A DNA stretch of 57,116 nucleotides, the filler included, from Catajapyx aquilonaris (taxonomy: Eukaryota): the NCBI GenBank assembly GCA_000934665.2. It is 2 parts of 2 records of this genome, joined end to end, with 100 filler letters (N's around TTAATTAATTAA, not from the genome) between each part and the next. Parts side by side here need not be neighbours in the genome. Positions count along the whole stretch, not along the records: positions 28,556 to 57,116 come from KZ539249.1; 1 more part is not named here. The stretch is one strand, 5' to 3'. Numbering within the stretch: position 1 is the first letter of the stretch; the number at the start of each line of letters is the position of its first letter. Position numbers and translations under genes: made by a program. The notes under the pieces are model-generated. The model was not told the origin of the DNA. It searched no databases and saw nothing but the letters and a program-made list of their open reading frames with translations. Shown here in pieces: positions 29,710 to 41,597 of this stretch.

Positions 29710-31552
29710 AGGAGGCCTTCCAGCGTTGCCAGGATGTTCCACGAGAGGAAATCGAGTCCTGCGTCATGCAAGTGGTGCAAGACCTGAAACCACTTATTCT
29801 TGATGGTATGACTCATTCACTTTTCATATATATCTGCACATAATATATTATACACCTAGCAAGCAACAATAATATTGCTACGCATTTTCGGTCGATTCAA
29901 TTATTCGGTGGTTTATATAGCTTCCACTGTATAGAATATGTTGCGTTAGCCTGATCATCATCCTATAGAGACATGACGCGTTACGTGAGTTGCCCATGTG
30001 CGTCAGTGCTACAGGAACAACAAGACCCAAGTGCATGCGATTTCCCACGACTCTTGAGGCATATTCACAACATGTCTCTCAAAACTTCACGTGCACATCC
30101 GCTGTGGATCGCATTTTTAAGCGTCTGATGGCCATGAACAAAAAAGGTGTAGGCATAATATACTAGATTATTATATGTCTGCACGTGTACCAATACAAAC
30201 ATAATTAGGCATATCACATGTAAAAAAAATGATTCATTGTTTCATTCTGCAAGTTATAATTTGCAAAATACATAATTATGGAATCGCCGGAGTCCAATCA
30301 ATCATGTTCTCATCGTTGGCAGAAAAAAATAATTTTTGGTAAATTTCGTCATGCAGGAATCCCCGAGCTGGGAGTGACCACTGAGGACGTGGACCTGTCC
30401 GACATCAACTTCGACGACACTTACGGCGAGAACTACATCCGCGCCGATTTCACTCGAGGAAAGATAAGAGGACTCCAGGACTTCGACATGTCCGACATCA
30501 AGTGAGACGACGCATTTATTCTTTCTATCGGGCGTCTGTTATTGGTTCATTACACACGGAATAATGTGCTCATTCTCCGACTTATAAAGGACCCACTACT
30601 GTTTTATTCCTAATATACAACATCAAAGGTAGTATAAATCTTAGCGCAATCATTAGCTAGTAACTACCGTTATTTCACGCAAAAACTATCTTCAAAATTG
30701 GGCCTACTGAAATTATTCAAGACGTTTGATTACAAAACACCATTGTCTGTGTGGCTGCTTCATTTTGGTCCATTCCATGTTGCAGGATCGACTACGAGAA
30801 TGGGACGGTCAATTTGAAGCTGTACATCCCAGAGTTCTTGTACACTGGAAGGTACATTCTGGATGCAAGGTTCTTCTTCTTTCCGCTCAGAGGAAACGGA
30901 ACCGTTTGGTTTAGAATGCGTAAGACACTTATTTCAAACCGATGTTTTGGAGACAACTACTTTTCCGCATAATTTGCCTTTTGATCTCTATAGTTTATGG
31001 TTGATGAGCTCACAATCTTATTATCATCTCAAAGATATGAAGTATAGTCCCTCCCTATATTATGCTGCGTTTCTGGGGAATCCTCCAAGGACGTGCTCAT
31101 ATATAGTGCAAAGAACGCATTAAATTATTATTGCGCACTGTCAGGTGATTTGTGATTCCCAACAGGAAACGTGCACATCAATGGTCGAGCGACGTTTTCT
31201 GTCCATGAGATGGACGGTGAGCCCCGCTGGCAGCAGGACTCCGTAGCCCTCACATACACCTACGGCACACTGGGTCTCAGGCTCAACAATCTCTTCGACG
31301 GAGATCCTGTGCTGCGTAAGTCCATCACGAAAATACTCTTGGGCTTAATGACTTCTCTCTTCATTTTTTTTTAATTCTTCAGAGGAGGCGGGTCTGGCCT
31401 TCATAGAGGGCAGCAAGGAAGACATCATCGAGGAGATGAAGCCCTCGATAGAGAGGAGCTTCGCGCAAGTCGAGACGGACGTGGTCAACCCGACCATGGC
31501 GAAGGTCGCCCTCAAGGACATCGCAGGTCACCAGTACCTTATTCAACCCTGA
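29710..31552 (+). CDS. takeout/juvenile-hormone-binding protein (JHBP) family, copy 1 (signal-peptide exon not located)
   Basis: Exons 29710-29805, 30357-30501, 30786-30919, 31166-31315 and 31383-31552 are phase-consistent. N-terminal Cys pair, GIPELG, PLRGNG and LNNLFDGDPVL motifs. AATAAA at 31599. Confidence 0.88.
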
Positions 31553-31914
31553 CGAACACAATGCTCATGTCAATAATAATTAACTATGATCCTAGAAAAA
31601 TAAAAATGGACCACGGTCCAAGCAGCCTTCACTATAAAATGTTTCATTACGGACTCATCCTCTGGGTATACAGTAGTGCTTCTTTGGATTTCACTAGACA
31701 TACTTTATGTTTCCTCTTCATATGGAGTGTACAATATTGTCCAAGCGATTTCTTTGTAACTTTTCCAGTATTTTCCTGTGGTTAAAATGAGAAATCCAAG
31801 AACGACGAACGAGTACCCCTTGATTATGGTGCAGACGTCAGTTCCCACCAGCCCGTATGCAAATTATTTTTTCTCCTGTTTTGCAAATTGCGAATTCGGG
31901 TGCATCCCAGTAGG

Positions 31915-31950
31915 TATAAAAGGGGTTTCAGAATGCAAATCCCCCTCTAG
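31915..31950 (+). promoter_or_regulatory. TATA box and putative initiator of takeout copy 2
   Basis: TATAAAA at 31915, TCTAGTT about 30 nt downstream, ATG at 31962. Confidence 0.6.
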
Positions 31951-31961
31951 TTTCGGGCAAG

Positions 31962-33847
31962 ATGAATCCGTGGTCAGCTGCAGTGGTGTGTTGGTCAATC
32001 CTGCTTCTTCCTCTGGCAAAGTGTATTACCCTGGGTGAGTGTTGGACAATAGTATATTATTCTTCTAATATCAATTTGCCAAAACCAATGTGCGTGGCTT
32101 CTATATGCAGAGGAGGCGTACAAGAGGTGCCAGCATGTTCCTAGACCAGATCTGGAGCCTTGTTTGTTGCAGGTGATGGTAGACCTGCAGCCTCTCATCG
32201 TATCAGGTATGGTAACTTATTTGCATCTGCACAAAAGATGAATCTGAAAAAAATTCGCAAACAATAAGACTCATGTCACATGTGCAAAATTATCATAACA
32301 TGCAGCACTTAACTTCTCTGCCAAACACACTTAATCACATCAAGAGCTGTTGTAGCAGAGTTGCGGAGAAATTAAATTAATTTTGCTCCTCGACTAAGCT
32401 ACGTTCAAAGAGTAAACTTGAGTTTACTCTTTGAACAAAATAATGTAGTGCAATTGGTTTTTATAAAAAATTTCATTGTTCAATATAAACTAGACTGAAT
32501 GTATTTGTTAGTTATACAAGTTATGTAAGATACAAGTAAGGAAAGGAAGAAATGAAAAAAGCCGTATTATCAGTGATGCATAGGTTTTTCTCAAATTCCC
32601 ACATTTGCATACCAACACTGCATGCAACAGCTTATTCTATCAAAAACATCATCACAATGCATTAGGCATAACCACTTCCTTGGAATCTAATGCATCATAA
32701 TATTGAGTCACAATAATTTGTGTGATTTTTATGCATGCCGATGGTAAGGTATTCCGGAGCTGGAACTGGACCCAAATGAGATCAATGTGGAGGACCTTCA
32801 CTTCGATGAGGTGTCCAACGACAACTACATCCGAGCCACTTTCTCCGGGGGAAGGCTTAAAGGGTTCCACGAGATGGACGTCACCAAACTCAAGTGAGCC
32901 CCATCATCTTCATTTGCCTCGGAAAGATCTGCATCCCATTTGATTGAGAATTAAGCATAGCTGCAAAATATGGTATTATGCACAGTAGCCAGAACTGGTT
33001 AGAAGTCGATCCACTGGCAATCATGCAGTCTCTTTACTCTTGTAGCTGTCACTTTCGTCTCCCAAGCATTATTATTATTACACGCATATCCATCAGACAA
33101 CAATGCTACATAATTTCTATTTTTTTTCCCCTAAGGATCGACTATAACGGCAAGAGCGCTGAGTATGTGGGGCTCGTACCGGAGTTTTTCTACACCAGCC
33201 ACTACTTCCTGGATGCCAGATTCCTCTTCTTTCCGCTGCAGGGCAATGGGACCTGCTGGTTCCGAGTCAGTGAGTATTCCATGGTGATGCCAGCCCTCTC
33301 CAGCCATTGGTTCTAATCTTTCCTCCTTCAGCTGACCTGCAGACATTCGGCACAATTCAGTTCGATGTGACCAATATTGAAGGCCAGCCGCGTTTCCAAG
33401 GCACTGGCATCGACTTCGACTTCAACTACGGCCAAATCTTCGTGCAGCTCAACAACCTCTTCAATGCTGACCCCATCCTGCGTAAGTAATAACAAATTGG
33501 AAAATTCCAGGCATGATTATTCAGTTCAAATGGTCCATGACGTAGGAAACTGAGACCCAATGGCAGGCAGTAACCAGTAAACCTAGAAGCGTGAGGTGTG
33601 CCAAAACACATGATTTATTATTATTTTGTTGGCATGAATGTGAGCTAATTTCTGAAACACATGATATAATGTTCCTGTCCCTCCAGAGGAAACAGGTCGC
33701 ATGTTCATCAACCAGAACAAGGATATAATGTTGGAGGAGCTGAAGCCCTCAATTCGGCGCAGCTTTGGAGGGGTTGCCATCAACGCCCTGAATCGGATCA
33801 TGAGACATATCAAGATTGAAGACCTCGCAGGACATGAGTACCTCTAG
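31962..33847 (+). CDS. takeout/JHBP family protein, copy 2 (252 aa, secreted)
   Basis: Exons 31962-32034 (hydrophobic signal peptide), 32111-32206, 32749-32893, 33136-33269, 33332-33481 and 33687-33847. GIPELE, PLQGNG and LNNLFNADPIL motifs. AATAAA at 33968. Confidence 0.9.
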
Positions 33848-34319
33848 CGTGACTGGCCTCTTCTCATTCATTTCTGGAATGGACATGAAATCCACGCTGG
33901 TGAACACAGGGATTGAGTCATGTGGAATTCAGGGATCTTTGGCTGCCACGTCTGTGCAGCCGGAGTGAATAAAACATAAGTTTCAGGATATCCACATGTT
34001 TCCTTTAGGATCTGGATACGCCCTGAGCGTGACCAGCAGGTCACATACTTTAGTGCGGTTTAGAACCTCAGCATAATATTACAGGGTGTTACGCTAACAA
34101 AGAACAATAACGGACACAATTCTAAATAACAAACGGATTTGAATCAAATAAAAATCTCGTAATGCATGCACAGGAGTCCACTCGCCAACAAAAAATGTTC
34201 CACAACACTTCCATTCACTGGGTAATATTACGGTTACGCCTCTCTCGCTTTCACCTGTTCGATTCCTCTTGCTCCCATCTTTCCTTCTCTCTAAAGGACA
34301 AACCAATACCGCCAGGAGG

Positions 34320-37300
34320 TCACTTCTTCTCCTCCATTTTGATCTCCTGCTTGTTCTTATCTTCTACCTCTCCGTACAGGTCTAGGTCCTTCACTAGGTA
34401 CCAGACCATCATGTCGAACACCACCGCCAACACATTGAAGCCTGAAAAGAAAGTCCCAGGGACAGGGATTACCATGCAGCTAAACGACTTGAGTGAAGTC
34501 GAGGGATAAAATGACCCCAGCAACTTGGCTCATGTTTCACCCAGGAAGACACAGTAATACCCATAATGCAAAAGGTCCTTAAAAACCTGTACGATTGCCA
34601 TTAATGCTATTGCAACTGCATTTTGGATTCATGTCAGGGAAGCACACTATTTTGAACAGAAAATGAATATTCGTAACATGTTAGGTCGCGGAGGACTGAC
34701 CTGCTGCAAAGAGGTTGAGGTACAACTGTAGCTTCTTGGAGTCGTAGAGCCAGCAGTTCCCCCGCTCCCCGCACTTCTCCCCCCAGACCAGGCAGGCCTT
34801 GTCAATGAGGGCCCCGACGCATATGGGCGCAGGAATGAGCGACAGGAGGCTGACCAACAGGATGCTGAAACCCACTGCTAAACTCTTGTCCTTTGGGTCC
34901 ACGCATCGATACACCACCAGCACGTTCCCAATCCGACCGGTGCTGTCAATCAGCTTGATCACAACATAGATGCACAGGTACACCACAAAGGGGAGCAGAC
35001 AGTCACTGGTGCACTGACCCTCAGACATGTCAAGGGTCGTGCTGACCACCGCCCCTTGGGAGTTGGTCTGGTAGAAGGAGTCCTCAAACATGCTGCGGTT
35101 CTCTGGGATGTAGGCACAGCTGCAATTCTTGTACACCTGCAAGTGACAGTCAAAAATTCATTCAAAATTGTCACCTGCTGCACACCAGACAAAAAAATTG
35201 CTGCAGTTTTTGTTCCAGAAAACAGAACCTGAGTAACACATGATAAATGAAAATACAGGATAAAATGCAGCGAATATTTCTGGTGGAGTGACTTGTTCTT
35301 GACAGGTCCATATGCCGTAGATTCACACAGAGGACAAAAAATGCATACTTTCTCAGCTGTCTCGTCCAGAAGGTAACACCCAGCATGGCATGGACTGTAG
35401 AATGTGACGTTGGCTCCCTTCAGGCAGACGGGGGTGAACTTCATGTGCGCACAGGAGCAGTGGTCGTTGCAGGGGAAACTCATGTTGAGAAGTCCCTCGC
35501 TGTCCAGCTTTCCATGCATGTCCACATCAGGGCAGCCGATGTTGATGAAGATGGCGTACACGCCAATGTAGATGATGCCAATCACCACATTCCATCCGGA
35601 GAGGAGACGCGCACGTGGACGCAGCCTCGATATCAATGCGCCAGACACCAGCAGGCCAATTGCCGTTGGGATTATGCTCACCTAGAGAATGTAGGAGTAC
35701 GTCAGTCACTGCTTGCTCAAGCCTACACAAGGAGTACTGACCGTTCCAGAGATGATGGAGGCCATGGCAGCTGACACCTTGAAGACTGTCTCAAGGTACT
35801 TTGGCTTGTAGCTCCAGTAGCCTACAGCTCCAAAGATGTAGAACACAGAGGACATGATGTCGCACAGGAGGATGCTGTTCTTCAGCAGCCGAACCACGGC
35901 CTTGGGAAAGTCTCCTATTTTGGTGGTGGGGAGGTCCACTTCCTCCGTTGGGAGGAGAATCTCGGACCCAGCATTGCGTAAAGGTGGCAGCTTCTTCTCC
36001 TCCTCTTCCTTTTTGATTTGTGGACCACCTGCAGCAAGGCACAGAAACCATATCATTTTACATGTACGACGAGCCCAAATTTCCACAATAATTCACAGCC
36101 TAAATTGTAACTTCATAAGTTTTTCCAGCTATCTCTTCGCTACCAGCTATACCTTCATCGCCTACATTTTCGTTCCCGTTCAACTTACACGTACTCTAAA
36201 GATAAAAGTAAGATATTTTACAAATAATAACAGCTACACTTACAATTATTTCATGCTGTGCACTGTGAATATGTTGGAAACCATTTTCACTCGTCTTTCC
36301 GTAAATTAATTTTCAAATAGATCGCTGTAAAAAACTCGAAATTCAAGTATTACCGGCCAACATACTGTCAGGCTGATTTAATTATGAAATATGTTAAAAT
36401 ATATGGAATATAATAAGGAGGGGCCTAGGTAGTCCAACTTCTCTTTCAAGGCCCCATTTTCTTCTTCCAGTTGACTGATCGTAGAGTACATGGTGTCCAC
36501 CGCACTGTGAAACTCACATCAGCCGCGTGGTCATCCTGTCTCTTTTCAAGGGCCGTGGATTTTCTGCACCAGGGTTTGCTGGAGTTGAGCTAATAACTCG
36601 CTTATTTCTTACTTGGTGGCCATTTTGCCAACTCTAACTGTCTGGGTAATCTTGGTGGCTGGTGACGTCCGTCCTCTGTGGCTGCCGGATTGTGTGTCAA
36701 TATATAGAATATCACCCTCGAGAAACTTGCCAGAAGAATTTGCGGACATACATGGAGAGAATTAAATGGAAATTTTCCGGAGCAGCGGGAAAGCGGCACA
36801 GAAGAAATCATTTATTTCTCGCAAAGTACCATGATTTCAGAAAATTCGTCTGGCAAGGTTGATATTCCGTGCATTTTAACGTATTTCATAATTAAATCAG
36901 CTTAACAGTTGGCCGGTAGTACTTGATTTTCAACCGAAGCAGGTTGGCATAGTGGATAAGGCGTCCGACTGCTAATCGGGAGGTCCTAGGTTCGAATCCC
37001 GGGGCCGGCAACCTTGACTGTGGTTTTCTGTGGTTTTCCACGGTCTTTCTAGGATAATTCCGGGGTCGCTTCCGTATAATAGGCCACAGCCGCTTCCTTC
37101 CTTCCTTCCCTATCCTTGGAGGTTGAAAGGCAATGCTGGGCCAACCTCCTTAAATATCAATTATAAAGTACTCGAATTTCGAGTTTTACTGTGATCTTTT
37201 TGAAAATTAATTTCAGGACTTATAGATGAGAAAAATGGTTCCAACCACATTCAGTGTTTTCCATGAACATGTAAGTATAGCTGTAATTATGTGTAAAATA

Positions 37301-39854
37301 TCCTGTCCTTATCTTAAGAGTATGTGTAAGCCAAAATCTAGGCTATGGCAGGTATAGCTGGGGTTAATGTGAACACAAAGTAAATATTGTCGGCTATGTT
37401 CATTAAAAAAATGAATGAAATTTCCAAATTATGTCCATAGCACCGTAGGTTGTTCACCTAGGAGCAACGGAATGCATTAATATGGCGAGGTTCCTTCCCA
37501 TCCGCTCCAGACGCTGCTATTGCGAAACGAGGCTATTCAGCAAGATCGTAGCTGACGTCACCTGCCTATCAGCAAGGATACAAACTGTAGGCTGCCATTT
37601 ATGTATCAACCAAGCAGGGTCCCCAATTCTTATCAAAACACGTGTGAATCATGATACCAGGCATACGCATACACCAAACGAAGAGAAAAAAAAACAACAC
37701 GAGTCCTAAAGCTGTAAGTTCCCCTTTAAAAAACTCCTACAGCTGGACAATGTCCAGCAAAACATAGCATAACACTACAGGTAAGCAATTAGTCATCATA
37801 CAAATGAAGTAATTGAACTGTTTAAGTGTGAGAAGTATTACATCCAATGACACGCTATCACAACTGATGAAATGATGGCAAAAGCAAACATGTCTGCATT
37901 TCGACAAAATTCAGAGAAAAGTATGACTCTTATCTTGTTTTCACCTTCAAGCAATCTACACTAAAAAGTGCAACGAGGAGTCCTTGAGGGCGCTTCCAAG
38001 ATATGTCGGGCTGTTATTACATGCAATCAAGTTTTTGCACAATATTTAGTGAGATAACAACAGGATATTTACATAAGGTCAGCTTGTGACCACAATGTGC
38101 ACGGTGCTTTTTTGGGAGGACTCTGATGCAACATTTTACTTTTGGTAAGAGAGAGTAGCGGGCATACCTGGCAGATGCCTTGGGAAGAGGGCCATGAAGA
38201 AGGAGAAGATGATCATGGCGACGGCAAGCACTACCCATCCGAGCCACCAGGCACCCAGCCACCTTGGGTCCTTGTTCCCAATGAGCGGGGTGAGTCCCAG
38301 GCTGACGTACATCTTCAGGCAGGCAAACGCCAGCAGTGCACCCAGGGCAGGACCCAGCATTCGGAAGCACATCATCACCCCCAGCATCATAGGCATCTGG
38401 GTTTTCTTCACGTTGTCGTCAATGTACGGGCCGCCAAGTGAGAAGTACAGGGTGGTTCCAATCCCAGCAACAAACTGGGCCAGGAAGATGATGAAGAGAG
38501 GGAGCAGAGAGAGATCGCCACTTGAACCACAGTCATCCGTCAAAGTGGTTATGGGATCAACAGGAGCCGTAGAGTTGGGGCGACCCCGAAGGTTGCACAA
38601 TTGTTCCTCCGGCTGTGTTTCGGAGGCTGACAATGGAAACACAGGAAATTATTTTCAACCGTGTTAACGATAAAAGTCATCAGTGTGTAGCACACACTTT
38701 GGGAAAACTCTTTGAATAAAATGTTTCCTTCATTACGATAGAGAAAGAATGTGAAGGTGACTTGCAACTTCTGTGGCGCTGATAATAATTGACTGATTTG
38801 CACACTTACAAAGTTACGAGCAAAAGTAACAAGCCCCAGTTTCTAGATGTTCGAAAATTCTCAAGGAACTTGCTGAATTGTGCCATTTAAAAACATTATG
38901 AAATTTAAAAAAAAATCACAACAGATGTCTATTACTTAAAAATCAACCTCAATATTTCTAATGCTACAAAACCAATCAGTTATTTCAAATGCACATGGCT
39001 AAATAATCTGGTGACAAGGTAACCATTGGCCTTCGCTATCATTAAAAATTATTTGAACATCACTTGAGAGCGGAACTAATGAAGGGCTCAGGGCCACGGG
39101 GCAGTAAGTCAGTCCTAACTCCGCCAAGGTTAGTTTCAAGCCTTGGAAAATTGTGCACAGCAGGTCCACCGTGCCAAATCATGAATTAATGAAAAGTAAT
39201 ATTCAGTCATTAAGAGTTCATAACTTCAAAAACCGCTGGACGACAGTATCGGCTGGAAAATTGAATTCCAACCCCTTGCAAAATACAAAGAAGCTTTCAC
39301 GTGGTGACATTTACTAATTGAATCACCTTTTCAGGAAAGTGTACAAAAAGGGACTCACTGGCAATGTTCGTGTTCCCATCATCCGTGGTATCGTATTCCT
39401 TGGTCAGTAAGAGCGCATCTTCCCCTGGGCCATACAGCAGGTGCGGGAGAGCCATGAGGAAGCAGGAGAGACCTCCGACAAAAACTCCAACAGCGATCCA
39501 CCTGGGCCTGTGCCCTTTCCCGCCGTAGTAGGCCAAGAAGAGGCTGAGTCCAATCTGGGAGATCTCGTTGCCCATCATGACCACACCGGTGGTTCGGCTC
39601 TGCAGCCTGAACCTCTTTTCCATGGTTGTGATGGTGGCCACAAAGTACGTCCAGGTCATGGTCTGGACAATGCCCATCACGGAAAAGACCACCACAAATG
39701 CACGGTGGTTTGCCATCCGCTGCAGGAAGGAGGGCCTGCAGTCGCCCATGCCGCACGCCGCATCTTCCGCCTCATCGTCACTCCCTTGCTCGTTGTCCTC
39801 CTCCAGGTCACCAGGGTCCTCGCAGGGGACCTTCTCCGCATGAATGCTGTTCAT
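34320..39854 (-). CDS. Organic anion transporting polypeptide (OATP/SLCO, about 710 aa)
   Basis: Exons 39854-39359, 38626-38168, 36028-35742, 35681-35349, 35136-34701 and 34441-34320. OATP signature DPRWLGAWWLGW, YYGGKGHRPRWI, Kazal-like CNDHCSC..FTPVC..FYSPCHAGC loop, and IDKACLVW...CGERGNCWLYD. Confidence 0.95.
36140..37367. mobile_element. piggyBac-like non-autonomous element with long (~260 bp) degenerate TIRs in OATP intron
   Basis: CCAGCTATACC ... GGTATAGCTGGGG-TTAA ends. Inverted GCTGATTTAATTATGAAATA / TATTTCATAATTAAATCAGC. Right arm interrupted by a SINE. Confidence 0.6.
36935..37116 (+). mobile_element. tRNA-derived SINE
   Basis: A box TGGCATAGTGG, anticodon-like stem-loop, B box GGTTCGAATCC, then a non-tRNA body ending GGCCACAGCCGCTTCCTTCC. 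The same tail occurs at about 28565-28598. Confidence 0.8.
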
Positions 39855-41597
39855 CCTCCAATACTCAAGCTGTTAATGCAAAGGCACTGCAGCAGGAAGG
39901 TGTTACAACACTTGTAGATTCAGACAAAAATTATGTGCCGCTCGAGTCTCAGTGCAGCGAAACCTAACTATGAAAGAGTCATTCCAGTAAAAATGTATCT
40001 ACATACAACAGAAGTGATTTTTCAGTACAATACCAATTGTGGCGACACGGCAGGTGGTCAACTTTGCAACAACGAGGGCACATAAAATGGAGACCTTAAA
40101 CAAACAAATTGTTCAACATGTTCTAAATCTGGCTTAAAAAAAGCTACAATTCGTTATACCTATAAGTTCACCACACATGACTTGCAATCACACACGAGGG
40201 ACTCGATTAAAAGAAACTTTCACGGGCAGCAGGCTACCCTGGGTACACTTGTAAGTTATTCTGCAGAGGTATCAATCACCACTAGTCGACTAGCCCTCCT
40301 GATAAATCAGATCACAGGTGTGGTAAGCAATCAAAGGAGATAATGAAATCGGCACACTCACCAATCCCTAAAAGGACCCAAAACAGGCGGGCAACAGCAG
40401 AGTCACCCCCTCCTTCCGGCAGGAACGCCGATGGTTGCAAATTTATGCGCGGAAAATAAATTAACGCAACAATTGGTCGGGAAGCGAAAAAAGCTAAGGT
40501 GGAAATGTGAGCACAGGGAGAGAGAACCCTGGCCTCGTCCAATCACAAAGCCCGATAAGCTGATCAAACAAGAGGCCTCAAACTCACTGCTTGACCACTT
40601 GAGAGGTTTGGACATAACATAGCCGTTGGATATAGATTTGATGGGGTGGGTGGGTGGGTGGGAGGGAGGGTGAGGCAGGGAGGGCGGAGGAGCGACGAGG
40701 GCGTGAGGGGTAAGTGTTGCATTGGATAAACACATGTACATAACCAGTCAACATGTGACCTTACGTCACAATTACGAGGCTGTAGGCAATTATTTTCATC
40801 TATTTTTTTTTCCTCTTTTATTGCAGCTTTGACAGTGAAAACATTACTTTCTTAGTCTTATTCAAAAACCATACAAGTAGTGTGTGAAACAATGCAAATA
40901 ATAATGCACAGCACACATCCATCGGCCCTAACAACAGTTGCCTGCAGACCGACCCGACTGCACCAAACGAAGCGTCAGCGCCACTTATATTTATCCTTGG
41001 TTTAATTGGCGTTTTAATTGGTCGATCAAGCCAAGTGGGCCTATTTCCATTGATGCAATCGGGCTGTTAATTTCTTAAATGCTTGATCCACCAACATTTT
41101 TATTTCACCATTATTTTCCTGAGTACTGCATTTTTTTGTTATTTTTTAGGCAGGCTGAGCAATCGCTCTTTTCTCAGCAAGATCCCAATTTTGTCATGTA
41201 AGTCTGAAACCTGCCCCAAACCATCGTCACCTTAGCAAACAGTAACCCTACAATCATAGCTTCTCCTCCTCTCCTCTCCCTCAATGTTAAACTGGAGATA
41301 AGATTAACAAAATTTGGGTCAAATTCGGTCATTGAACCCTGAAGCAAGGAACGAAATATATGCTGCCCCCCCCTCCCCCTTTTAAAACCAGACGACAGGA
41401 GCGAAGTATTTTTATTTTATCTTTTCGGGGGTATTTTTTGGCCCAAGTCTGGGATAACTTTGATGCACCGACCAAATTTATCGCAGACTGGGCCAAGTTA
41501 CCCTGTGTCATTCAAGCTACCCCGACACTCAGCCAAAAGGGGGTGTGCGCCTGCAGATTTGGTACCCAATGAGTTTAATTCTCCGCCAGATAAAAAT

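Noticed and set aside
25944..34025. CAGGGGCGGATCCAGA / TCTGGATACGCCCTG ends bracketing both takeout genes (gene-capturing transposon?)
   Set aside because: No matching TSD, the motif is a common MITE end, and the span crosses an artificial linker.
36612..36681. Possible small cassette exon in OATP intron
   Set aside because: It lies inside a TIR element, has no OATP similarity, and the flanking exons already join in phase.
36940..37010. tRNA-Ser(GCT) gene
   Set aside because: No long variable arm, a poor acceptor stem, and it continues into a repeated SINE body.
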